DNA of 64,000 nt from Macrostomum lignano (lineage: Eukaryota). Below the pieces are notes generated by a model that saw only the letters and a program-made list of their open reading frames with translations, did no database searches and was not told the DNA's origin. Location of the stretch: contig NIVC01001626.1 of the NCBI GenBank assembly GCA_002269645.1, positions 124,001 through 188,000 on the forward strand, written 5' to 3'. Numbering within the stretch: the stretch's first letter is position 1; every line of letters starts with the position of its first letter. The translations under genes were made by a program, and so were the position numbers. Of the stretch, positions 21,926-33,988 are shown piece after piece.

Positions 21926-24775
21926 AGCCCAGGCTCGCGGTCTGGCCACGCTGAAAGACATTTCCATCCGTTTGAAGTCGGTGAAGAACATTCAGAAGAT
22001 CACAAAGTCCATGAAGCTCATCTCCGCCACCAAGTTCAACAGGGCTGAGAAGGTATTTTTACTAATACTATTAATATTTATCCGATCTTGTGATGTCTAC
22101 TCTACTCACAGTAGCACCTGATGATTTTTATACGCTTTTTTTTAATTTTCAAGGAGCTCCGAGCGGCCCGCGCCTACGGCCTTGGCACGAAGGAATTTTT
22201 CGACAAAGCGGACATCCCCAAGCCGGAGCAGCCGAAGGGCCACCTCCTGCTCGGCATCACCTCCGACCGCGGCCTGTGCGGCGCCGCCAACAGCAGCATC
22301 TCCAAGGCCATCAAGGTCTATCTGGAAGGCGAGGGCAAAGGCAAGGAAGTGAAGGTTGTTGCCATTGGCGACAAGGCGCGCGCCCAGCTGAAGCGCCTGT
22401 ACGGGAGCTACATCCTCATGCACTTCAAGGACATCGGCAAGAAGCCGCCTAGCTTCGCCGATGCCAGCTACATCGCCCAGGAGATCGCGAACAGCGGCTT
22501 CCAGTTCGACACCGCCGACATTTTCTACAACTCGTTTAAGAGCGTCGTGTCTTACAAGACCTCCGTGCAGCCGCTCTACTCGCAGGATCTCGTCAGCCAG
22601 GTGCGGCAAACCTGCTGGCCACCGAGCCTATCTGAAGCCCGACAATCCCGGCTTTCATTGGCCTTTCACCCTGGTAGAATCGCCTCCTCCCTGGTAGAAT
22701 CGCCTCCTCCCTGGTAGAATCGCCTCCTCCCTGGTAGAATCGCCTTTTCCCTGGTAGAATCGCCTTTTCCCTGGTAGAATCGCCTTTTCCCTGGTAGAAT
22801 CGCCTTTTACCTGGTAGAATCGCCTTTTCCCTGGTAGAATCGCCTTTTACCTGGTAGAATCGCCTTCTCCCTGGTAGAATCGCCTTTTACCTGGTAGAAT
22901 CGCCTTTTCCCTGGTAGAATCGCCTTTTACCTGGTAGAACATACATGCGCAACAGTCGGCCGAGTCGGCCGATCCGGCCGACCGTTTTGGCGGCCAATCA
23001 AGGAAGTCGCAAAAATGCCCACCCAAAAATAACCTAAAGAGTAGTACTAAGTAGCTGACGAGGCATTTTAGCTTAATAAAACAGTCATAGTTACTCCTGC
23101 CGTTTACCCAAAGTTGCGTTAATTTTGCTTTCGGGTTTTTTTAAATGTAAGTCGCATTTTTGGCCAAAAACTACGTCGCATTTTTGTTAAAACTAAGTCG
23201 CACGGCTGACCGAATTTTGGAGGTTGCACATGTATGTGGTAGAATCGCCTTCTCCCTGGTAGAATCGCCTTCTCCCTGCTAGAATCGCCTCCTCCCTGGT
23301 AGAATCGCCTTCTCCCTGGTAGAATCGCTTTCCACTCTTGTAAAATCACCTTCTCCCTAGTAGAATCGCCTTCTCCCTGATAGAATTGCCTTCTCCCTGT
23401 TAGAATAGCCTTTCAGTCTTGTAGAATCGCTTTCTCCCTTGTAGAATCGCCTCCACCCTTGTCGAATCGCATCCACCCTTGTATGTAATCATCCTGAATC
23501 GTGTTAATCACCCTCCATCCCGTAGAATCACCCTCTATCCAGTAGAATCGCCCTCCATTCCGTAGAATCGCCCTCCATCCCGTAAAATCTCCCTCTATCC
23601 CGTAGAATCGCTCCCATCCCGTAAATCTCCCTCTATCCCGTAGAATCGCTCCCATCCCGTAAATCTCCCTCTATCCCGTAGAATCACCCTCTATCCAGTA
23701 GAATCGCCCTCCATTCCGTAGAATCGCCCTCCATCCCGTAAAATCTCCCTCTATCCCGTAGAATCTCCCTCTATCCCGTAGAATCGCTCCCATCCCGTAA
23801 AATCTCCCTCTATCCCGTAGAATCGCCCTCCATCCTGTAGAATCGCCCTCCATCCCGTAAAATCTCCCTCTATCCCGTAGAATCGCCCTCCTCCCGTAGA
23901 ATCGCCCTCCATCCCAGAGAATCTCCCTCCATCCCGTAGAATCGCCCTCCTCCCGTAGAATCGCCCTCCATCCCGTAGAATCGCCCTCCATCCCATAGAA
24001 TCGCCCTCCTCCCGTAGAATCGCCCTCCTCCCGTAGAATCGCCCTCCTCCCGTAGAATTGCCCTCCTCCCGTAGAATCGCCCTCCTCCCGTAGAATTGCC
24101 CTCCATTCCGTAGAATCGCCCTCCATCCCATAGAATCGCCCTCCTCCCGTAGAATCGCCCTCCATCCCAGAGAATCTCCCTCCATCCCGTAGAATCGCCC
24201 TCCTCCCGTAGAATCGCCCTCCATCCCGTAGAATCGCCCTCCATCCCATAGAATCGCCCTCCTCCCGTAGAATCGCCCTCCTCCCGTAGAATTGCCCTCC
24301 TCCCGTAGAATCGCCCTCCTCCCGTAGAATTGCCCTCCATTCCGTAGAATCGCCCTCCATTCCGTAGAATCGCCCTCCATTCCGTAGAATCGCTCCCATC
24401 CCGTAGAATCGCCCTCCTCCCGTAGAACCGCCCCCATCCCGTAGCTGTAGCCTTCAACACTGCAGAGCTATCATTAATCTCATAACAATTGCCTGCCCGC
24501 CATCCGAACTGCAGGCCTCGAAGCTCAGCCTGTACGACAGCGTTGATCCGGACACCCTGACGGCCTACAACGAGTTCGCCTTGGCTTCGCTGATCTTCTT
24601 CTGTCTGAAGGAGGGCGCCGCCAGCGAGCAGTCAGCCCGCATGACCGCCATGGACTCCGCCAGCAAGAACGCCGGCGAGATGATCAACAAGCTGACGCTG
24701 ACGTACAACCGGACGCGACAGGCCGTCATCACCAGGGAGCTGATAGAGATCATCTCCGGTGCCGCCGCTGTCTGA
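21926..24775 (+). CDS. ATP5F1C: Mitochondrial ATP synthase F1 gamma subunit; exons 21926-22052, 22154-22600, 24515-24775; 5' exon (start codon/presequence) not located
   Basis: [78 protein letters not shown] junctions join in phase. Confidence 0.96.
22668..24445. repeat. ~20-bp minisatellite (gtagaatcgcc-pyrimidine tract) filling the last identified ATP5F1C intron
   Basis: Direct reading; the unit drifts from ggtagaatcgccttttccct to cccgtagaatcgccctcctc. Confidence 0.93.
22940..23236. mobile_element. hAT-like MITE (297 bp) inserted in the minisatellite
   Basis: 14-bp TIRs catacatgcgcaac / gttgcacatgtatg (1 mismatch) and 8-bp TSD TGGTAGAA (22932-39, 23237-44). No ORF. Confidence 0.85.
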
Positions 24776-26814
24776 GCATTGGAGTTAGGATGGGGCCTTC
24801 TATTGAGAAATACTGAAACTATTACCAATAACACCATCTGTTTAGCTATTTTACAATTACTTATAGTAATTGAGTAGTTATTACGGTAGTATGCTACTGT
24901 CAGTAGACATAAACTTAGCGAGAGAGTTTCTTTCTGTCTCCAAATGCCCAGCCCATTCTGCTCTTTCTACCCTTTCTAAATCCATTTTATTATTGCGTCT
25001 CGTTGGATTTAAATAAGAATTAGTTGGCTAAACTAATTTAGCTAATATTACACATTTTGAAAAGGCAGGTAGTGTTCAAAACATGAGCAGGAAATATAGT
25101 CTATTAAAAGATATTGTCTTGGGGTTGAACTGTTTATTTACTTATTAATATTAAGACCTACAAATAAATGTCCTGAACGCCCATGGAGCTGTGCTTGCTT
25201 GTTTCCAACCAGATTTGGGAAGTAATACAACAAAAAAAAAAGCGTGTTTTTCGTTTTAATTTAATACAAATATCTACATGTACGAGTAGAAATTACCTTC
25301 CTTGTTAGCTGGTGTTGCGCAAACAATATTATTATTCCCAAAGACTCCACTAGTAACAGAATTTAAAGGCATAGCCTTAAGCATCTTTTTCTATATACAT
25401 TGTGTACAATGTGGGCTGCACACATGCTCAGACTTCGTCACTGTAAGAGTACATTGGTTCCAATCAATGTGCATCCGACTCGTCACCAGGAAAATAGATT
25501 CTATTTTACAGCTAAATTTAATATGGCTGGGGTGCCGCAAATGCTATATGGATGATGCCGTACTCGTAAAATGTCAGCCAGTAACAGTAACTGCTTCTAC
25601 CATCACAGCAGCTGTACCGGAGACAATAAAAATAGGTTGGGTTGACCAGTGTGTAGTGTAGTGTAATTTGGCTCAGGCAAGCAGCCTGTTTAGCCAGTAT
25701 GGGCTTTGTATTCATTTAATTTTTAGTTGCTAGAAATAATTGTTAAATTAGTCTAGGTAAATTACGAAGTATTGCCTTGATTACGAGATACGATACGAAT
25801 GAAGTCAGATCGAAAAAAAGTATGAGAACAAGTTTTTAAATTACCGCGAGAGGGCGCAATGAAAGGTAACGAGGTTGTTAATAAAAATTGGTTGTTCATA
25901 AGGACATTAACCACTATAATAATAAAAATAAACAAATATCGATATTTAATACTTAGTATGTCTCGAATTTTAGAAATGGTGTCAAAAAACAATTAACAAA
26001 AATAACGCATTAGGTACACTTTTTAGGTAAGCATTTGTCTAGACAGAATCGATGCCGTATGTGCCTACGTTGTGCTACCGCATCGGGAGAGCGCATTGAG
26101 ATGTCTATTGAAAGGCATAAAGCTGGAGATGAAAAGCGGAAATAATATTACACTGCTGATGTATCTGTTTCAGTTTGCATAACTGTTTTAGCTATTCATG
26201 ACTTCATACATTTTAGCTACCCCCAGTAGCTATTTTCAGACTCTTTCATTTGTAGCATAATCCTATTTTGTGTATTTTGTTGTCATCTAAGAGAGGTATT
26301 GACAGAAGTATTTTTTCCTGATCTCTTGAGTTTGTGGACATTCGGTCAAGTAGTGTAGGATATCGGAACCATTTCTCGCTCCACACAGTCTACATGCTTC
26401 TAGAGAAAATATGTTGTGTGCAATCTCATTTCAGTTTTAGGAGCCCGTACTGTTAGGAATTCGATCAGAACAAGTTTATTTTAAAAGGAAGCAGACCACG
26501 TCTAATGCTATACGTAGATGGTTTAGCATGTTAAAAATTATAATTTTTTTGTGGTAACTAAAGTGAGTTAGAACTATAAATACTAAAATAGGACAATTGA
26601 ACTTGCCACAAACATTATTTTTTGTTTTTTTAGGTACAAGTTGCAAGGCAAATTCAAATCTTATACGCAATATCTTGAAAATTTTTAGTAATAATAATAC
26701 TGTGTATATTAAATTTAGAAATTGGTTGGCACCATCATTATCTATATAGAATGCACTGACCAGCTCTTACCAAGCAAGCCCTTGCTTGGTTCTATCAACC
26801 CCCTGATTTACACT

Positions 26815-27467
26815 GGCCATGCGACCTACTTTTTGACCAAAAATGCGACTTACCTATCAAAGAAAACCGCAAAGCAAAATAACTTTGGGTAAACGGCAAG
26901 AGGGCTATCCTGTAGTTTCGCACGTTAAATTAATTTTTTTTGGAAAATAATAACTTTTAAGTCACTTTAAGCTTAGTAAGTGACAGAGTAGATAATAGGG
27001 AACAAATGTAACATATTATCGAGTTACGTCAGAGGCCGCCAGAGGTACTCCTGTAAGTGTGACTCAAACAGTCCATCGGATGTACCGTGCATCTGGCGGA
27101 ATTTGGCCTTCACGTGAGCCCATGTGCCCTCGATGGTGTTAGTGTGGACAGTTTATATAACATCGTTTATATGCGTTTAAACAAAAGTAGCACTCGATAA
27201 TATGTTATATTTGTTCCCTATTATCTACTCTGTCACTTACTAAGCTTAAAGTGACTTAAAAGTTATTATTTTCCAAAAAAATAATTTAATGTGCGAAACT
27301 ACAGGATAGCTGGCAAGAGTAACTATAACTGTCTTATTAAGGCTAAATGCCTCATCAGCTAATTAATTAGTCTATTCTTTGGGGTCGGTATTTTGCGACT
27401 TGCCCTTGGTCCACCACAATTTACAGTGGCCAGATTGGTCAGGTCGGCCAGCAGTTGCGCATGTATA
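26815..27467 (-). mobile_element. Second, diverged and truncated copy of the 22940 MITE family, interrupted by a Merlin element
   Basis: The reverse complement matches 22940-23200 on both sides of the Merlin insertion; one end keeps gttgcgcatgtat. Confidence 0.7.
26903..27311 (-). mobile_element. Merlin-superfamily (IS1595/ISXO2-like) non-autonomous deletion derivative
   Basis: ~120-bp imperfect TIRs starting GGCTATCC and 8-bp TSD GGCAAGAG (26895-902, 27312-19). Internal 27149-27024 translates VHTNTIEGTWAHVKAKFRQMHGTSDGLFESHLQEYLWR, the typical C-terminal segment of this transposase family. Confidence 0.88.
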
Positions 27468-30063
27468 TTTAGCATTATTAACATTGTCATTATCCTAGTA
27501 TATATGACATAGTAGAAAGAAACATTGTGTTAGTGACACTTTTTAAGTTCTGCATACCAACAGAGTCTTGTAGTTTTTTGGCATTAGACCTAGCATATAC
27601 TAAAATAACTAAATAAACATAATCCTATGTCCCCAATAAGCTCTTGTCTGACTCTTTTTCATTTGTAGCATTATTTTGTGATCTGGTTGTCATCTTGTAT
27701 ATAAGATATAAGATAAAAATAATCCTATATGTTTTTTTAGTTATTTTAGTATATGCTAGGTCTATATATAGGCCTATATATCAATATTATTTGTTTTGTT
27801 TTTTTGTGACTACTAGGGGGCTATTTATACAAGCATATGTTGAAGTATCAATGTTTTAGGCAATTTAGCAACATTTGAATTTGTTGCAAAAATTAGTAGA
27901 GTAATGTAATAATGGTAATATTGCTATATGAGATAGGCCTTATTTAGCATTGCTCCTTTTCTTAGAAAGTATTGTATTTGAAACTAGGCTATTTTTGTTT
28001 ATATGAGTTATGAGTATAATATCAGTAATATTATAAATATTATAAATATTATAAAATTTTATTTGTTTAAAACTGAACGAAGAAAAAGGTATAAATACAC
28101 AAGCAGAACCAGAAAGAAACCAACTTGTCTGCTGCTTGTTTCAAGCTTGAAATTGTTCTAGTATCTTAAAATTGAAGCATTGTTCAATACTTACTGACTT
28201 AGTTATTTAGGTAAAAGCATTAAGAAGCCCCAAAATTGGGAGAGTTCAGACCATTCTCAGAAGAATGAGAAATCTAGATTAGAATCTGAGAAACCACTTT
28301 TAAAAGGCAGGAATTCTACCACGGGGTAGAGAAGTCCAGACTCAGAGTCTAAGAAACCCACCTTAGGGCAGAATACCCAGCAAGAAAGCTGTGACCCTCT
28401 GATCCTGGGAACGCCTAGGACTAAGAGAATAATATCTTTAGAAGGGTATAGGAATAGGATAGACAATTCCTAAAGATTGCTCAGGCCAAAAAGTACAATA
28501 TAAGTACATACACTACCAATAGAAGAACATGCGCTACCACTCCCTACTAGTAATAACCAGTAAGATCAGTAAGAAGAATTAACCCCTGTTATAACTTTGG
28601 TGACAGGATATTCAATAATAGGAAATAGAAGAATATCCCTGTGACAACTTTGGTAGCATTAGTAGGATTTCTAAAGAGAGCTAAAAGGCCTATAACAACT
28701 TTGGTGATTCAGTGGTGAGATTCCATATCGTACAAGAACACCGCAGTTATATATTACTTGGCATTATAGGCTAGGTTGTGGATCGTGTATAGTGTACACC
28801 AGAACAAGAATTGTAGCTCATCTAAATGTATGCCAGTAATTTTCCTTAAAATGTACACTAAAAATTCCTCTTAAAATGGTCATTCAGTTTGTATGAGTAG
28901 AGTTTTCTAAGAAAGGCTTTTGTACAAAAAGTTATGTTACTTGTGTATATTGATAGTGTATGCCAACAAAGTGTACCAAGGGTTGTGTATACCAAGGACT
29001 TAGGGTTGCCATTTTGTATGCCAGAAAGGTTCTGGCATATATGCATACCATCTACAACTTGGATTATAGGTAAAAAGCATATATATCCTATAAAAGCATT
29101 AGTGTACAATAGGGATCGACAACCTTTTTCTACTTGAAGGCCAGATAAGATTTTCAGTTCAAGACCATAGGCCACAGTAGGTTGCCCCCCCTCAATTACT
29201 CCACCCCCCTCAATTACTCCACCCCCCTCAATTACTCCATCTCCCTCATTGGGTCTTTACCCTCTAGAATCTGCCCCCTGGGTCTTTAATACATTACCAT
29301 ATGTGTACCCCCTATTGTTGGCCTGTCACCATCTCACTTTCCTTTGCCACCAGTTCCCCTATTTCCATTCTATTCAAAAGTTTTTTGAACTGATGTGTTA
29401 TCTAGTCTAGACTCTGTAAACAGCCCACTTACATTCTGTTTGTGTCTCAATACTAATTTGTTATTAAAGTTGGCAATTGAGGAAAGAAATTCCACATTTT
29501 TAGTACATTTTTAGTATTTTTTGTGAAAGAAACAATGCAGTTACAATAAAGGTGCAGGCTAGATTATAATAATGAAGATAAAAAAAGCTCGCAGGCTGCA
29601 TAATAAGTCTTTGTGGGCCAGGTTGCTGACCCCTAGTATATAAGTAGCAATAAGTTGAAAGATAAGGTATATTTGAATAAGATCAAGATTGATTCTAGAC
29701 AGATTAGCAAATTCTGTTTTATATAGTCTGACTTTTAGTTTAAAACTAAGCAATTAATCCTAGTTATAACCATGCTTAGGTGCAACCTAGAGATTCACCA
29801 ATCACCAAGCCATTTCTATTAGTAATATACATATATATATATGTATATATACTAATAGAATATCCAAGTTGTATCCAAGTTATATCCAAGTTGCTATTGG
29901 ATAGAATAGTAGTCATAGGAATGCTCTTAGCCAATAGAAACTTACATATATTGACATACGCTCATGCAATAGTCTATGGCTGCTGCGCCTAAATGCCACC
30001 TCTCTCATCCCTTCCTAATATATAAGTGTCCTAGCTTCATAATCTTGTTACAAGCCCCACTAT

Positions 30064-32131
30064 CATTAACAGTAGGAATACCAAGCCATTTTTCCGCCCG
30101 TTGAACTACCAAGAGGAGGGGAAAAATTCCCCCCCCCTGACAATTTTTTTTGCTGCGCCGGAATGGAGCAACGCAGACACACGAAATTCAAGAACATGTG
30201 CTAACTTTTTGTTGCGCACCTTCTCAAACAAGAATCAAGTCGCCAGCCCTCCGGACCGTCGAGATATTCGACGATTCTGCCAGAAGGTCGGATTTTTCCC
30301 ATAAGCGCTAGTGTATTCAGTACACCCCTGTGCGCCAATCAGCACTGCGTCTCAGTGCAGCCTTGCCAAGCCTCCAAATTTCATCAGCACGTCGACCACA
30401 TGTGTCTGCATCAGCTCTGACTTCGTTGGTCACTAGCCTTCACCCAGGCGGAGCTTCTGGACCTTCAACAGGTGGCACCAAGTAACTATGGACACTCTGA
30501 TACGAATTTCTCGAGTTTCGCTGATCAAGCCTCGACAGTGGGCATACCTCAACTGCTAGGTATCCTCAGCTAGTCTCTCGAGCCTTCCATCATCACCCCG
30601 ACGCCGTCGGCACCTTCAACGGATTACACCAGGTGACTATGAACACCCTGATGCAAATTTCTATGGACAGCCTGATAATAATTTCTCTAATTTCGCTGAT
30701 CAAGCCTCGATAGTGGGCAAAAATCAACTGCTGGACATCCTCAGCTAGTCAGTCAAGCATTCCGTCATCACCCCGACGCCGTCGGCACCTTCAACAGGTG
30801 GCACCAGGGGAGTAATGACACGTGAGCGTGATTTTTCATCATGCTCTTAACATTTCTGAATCATTAAAAAATGAAAAAACCGACTGAATTTACTGGCTTT
30901 TTAAAAGCATAACCCTTGCTGCATTGGGTTCAATATTATAGCTGAATAAACTAAACAGCTTTTCGAATAAAATATGTATGTAGCTCGTATGCATAAAAGT
31001 ATGTGTAATAATAATATAAATATACAGCAACATAAGTTCAAGCATAACTATAGCAATTTCCGTGCTTGAAAAATTTTGAGAGCTTCAGAAATGTTAAGAG
31101 CATGATTAAAAATCACGCTCAGGTGTCATTACTCCCCTGGTGCCACCGGTTGAAGGTGCCGACGGCGTCGGGGTGCTGGCTGAATGCTTGACTGACTAGC
31201 TGAGGATGTCCAGCAGTTGAGGTTTGCCCAATATTGAAGCTTGATCAGAAAAACCTGACATATTTGCAATAGGATGTTCATAGTCACCTGTTGTAATCTG
31301 TTGAAGGAGCCGACGGCGTCGGGATGATGACGGAATGCTTGAGAGACTAGCTGAGGGTGTCCGGCAGTTGAGGCTTGCTCACTGTCGAGGCTTGATCAGC
31401 GAAACTAGAGAAATTTGCATCAGGGTGTTCATAGTCGCCTGGTGTCATCTGTTGAAGGTGCCGACGGCGTCGGGGTGATGACTGAATGCTTGAGAGACTA
31501 GCTGAAGATGTTCCGCGGTTGAGGCTTGCCCATTGGCAAGGCTTGATCAGCGAAACTAGAGAAATTTGCATCAGGGTGTTCATAGTCACCTGGTGTAATC
31601 CGTTGAAGGTGCCGACGGCGTCGGGGTGATGATGGAAGGCTCGAGAGACTAGCTGAGGATACCTAGCAGTTGAGGTATGCCCACTGTCGAGGCTTGATCA
31701 GCGAAACTCGAGAAATTCGTATCAGAGTGTCCATAGTCACTTGGTGCCACCTGTTGAAGGTCCAGAAGCTCCGCCTGGGTGAAGGCTAGTGACCAACGAA
31801 GTCAGAGCTGATGTAGACACATGTGGTCGACGTGCTGATGAAATTTGGAGGCATTGCAAGGCTGCGCTGAGGCGCAGTGCTGATTGGCGCACAGGGGTGT
31901 ACTGAATACACTAGCGCTTATGGGAAAAATTCGACCTTCTGGCAGAATCGTCGAATATCTCGACGGTCCGGAGGGCTGGCGACTTGATTCTTGTTTGAGA
32001 AGGTGCGCAACAAAAAGTTAGCCCGTGTTCTTGAATTTTGTGTGTCTGCGTTGCTCTGTTCCGGCGCAGCAAAAAAATTGTCAGGGGGGGGAATTTCCCC
32101 CCCCCCCCTCTTGGTAGTTCTACTGTTAATG
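30064..32131. mobile_element. Foldback-like element: long inverted arms (~30064-30862 and ~31085-32131) built partly of ~151-bp subrepeats
   Basis: Left and right arms are near reverse complements. Termini read ttaa-cagtag / ctactg-ttaa. Subrepeat core gttgaaggtgccgacggcgtcggggtg. Spacer of ~220 bp is AT-rich; no coding capacity recognised. Confidence 0.8.
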
Positions 32132-33017
32132 TGGTCCTAAAGCCAAATAAACAAGCAAAGCAAGATACGAGCTTCGTTATTCATCAAGCACTAGAGTTGC
32201 CATCTGAGCATCATATATATGTTGCCAATAGAAATGGCTAGGTGATTCCTAGGGTTGCACATGTATAGTTATAATATAGATTAAGTGAAACTTTATTATA
32301 CCATCTATAGCATTATAGACCAATTCTTAAAAGACAGTTATTGCAAAATATACTAATACTTAAGCTATTGTTAAAGTGGATATTTTTTATTAAATGTTTA
32401 GTTAAATACTTTATTTGCTCAATGAAAATAAGTATGGCATAAATAGATTGTATATGAGAAAATAGTCTAATGGTTAAAATGTTAAAAGTATGACCAAAAG
32501 GTCAAGGGTTCAATTCTTAACCTGCTTAGTATAACTTATGTCCTTAAGCAAGACACCTAAGTCAACATTGCTTTAGTCCACCTAGCTATAAAATGGGTAT
32601 TAGCATTAGCTAGGGAAAGTATGGCAACAGGGCCAATAATAAAAGACCCTTTCTTGTACTACAAAATTTTAGTCTTCTGTATGCCAACAGCTACATTATA
32701 CACTGAGTCTGTGGCACAATTTTCTGGTAGATCATTCTGTATGCCAAATAATCTAGGTATATTTATGCTCGTAAAAAGATCATTAGAGCTGTTGTTTTTT
32801 GGGTGAGTGAAGCAGTAGAAGTGAATGATAGTTGCTAATTTTAAAGTTTTTGTGAAAGAAACTCTTGAGGGTTATGCACTCAAGCAATTGAGTTTTGATG
32901 CAATGTGCATGTAGTGTAGCTGGGATGGTAGTGATTTAAGTTCAGATTAATGTTTCTACTAGAAAAATGAAAAGGGGAACAAGCACATTGTGCCAAATTA
33001 CAGAACCACCCCCTGAG

Positions 33018-33960
33018 GTCTTTGCCTTCTAGAATCTTTCCCCCTTTAACAAATTTGTTTAACAATTTGTTGGCACACAATTTGCCTTTACTATTTAGCT
33101 TCAGAATTTTCGTTTATTAAAGTTAATATTATGTCACCTTAATGGTTACTAAAGCAGACCATATTTTATATTCCATATTTTGCATAATAGCTTGCACAGG
33201 TGGCATCTGAACTGAAATAGAAGCTTTTTATATAAAAAGCAAATCGGAATTTTTTACTAAAGTCTAGGAAAGTGCAATGATGATGACTCAGCAGTTGTGC
33301 AATTTAAATCCCTTTCAGCTTCCCTGTCTTCCCTGTCTTTGCCTTCTAGAATCTTTCCCCCTTTAACAAATTTGTTTAACAATTTGTTGGCACACAATTT
33401 GCCTTTACTATTTAGCTTCAGAATTTTCGTTTATTAAAGTTAATATTATGTCACCTTAATGGTTACTAAAGCAGACCATATTTTATATTCCATATTTTGC
33501 ATAATAGCTTGCACAGGTGGCATCTGAACTGAAATAGAAGCTTTTTATATAAAAAGCAAATCGGAATTTTTTACTAAAGTCTAGGAAAGTGCAATGATGA
33601 TGACTCAGCAGTTGTGCAATTTAAATCCCTTTCAGCTTCCCTGTCTTCCCTGTCTTTGCCTTCTAGAATCTTTCCCCCTTTAACAAATTTGTTTAACAAT
33701 TTGTTGGCACACAATTTGCCTTTACTATTTAGCTTCAGAATTTTCGTTTATTAAAGTTAATATTATGTCACCTTAATGGTTACTAAAGCAGACCATATTT
33801 TATATTCCATATTTTGCATAATAGCTTGCACAGGTGGCATCTGAACTGAAATAGAAGCTTTTTATATAAAAAGCAAATCGGAATTTTTTACTAAAGTCTA
33901 GGAAAGTGCAATGATGATGACTCAGCAGTTGTGCAATTTAAATCCCTTTATGCTTCCCTG
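33018..33960. repeat. 317-bp direct tandem triplication immediately upstream of EDEM1
   Basis: Units start at 33018, 33335 and 33652 and look identical on reading. Confidence 0.92.
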
Positions 33961-33988
33961 GCGCCAGTGGGCGCCTGCGGCAGCATCA

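Noticed and set aside
21926-21935. SL-donated AUG as the ATP5F1C start codon
   Set aside because: Neither AG (ending 21925 or 21927) places the AUG in frame with GCC-CAG-GCT, and a presequence would still be missing.
26903-27311. Bacterial IS1595 contamination or recent bacterial transfer
   Set aside because: It is integrated with a TSD inside a host MITE, and long TIRs fit the eukaryotic Merlin superfamily.
28200-29200. Possible highly decayed retroelement coding remnants
   Set aside because: No diagnostic RT, RNase H or integrase motif could be read with confidence.
29770-32270. Degenerate outer inverted repeat (29770-29830 vs 32220-32270) around the foldback element
   Set aside because: Similarity is patchy and no TSD could be defined; it may be an older MITE host but is not supportable.
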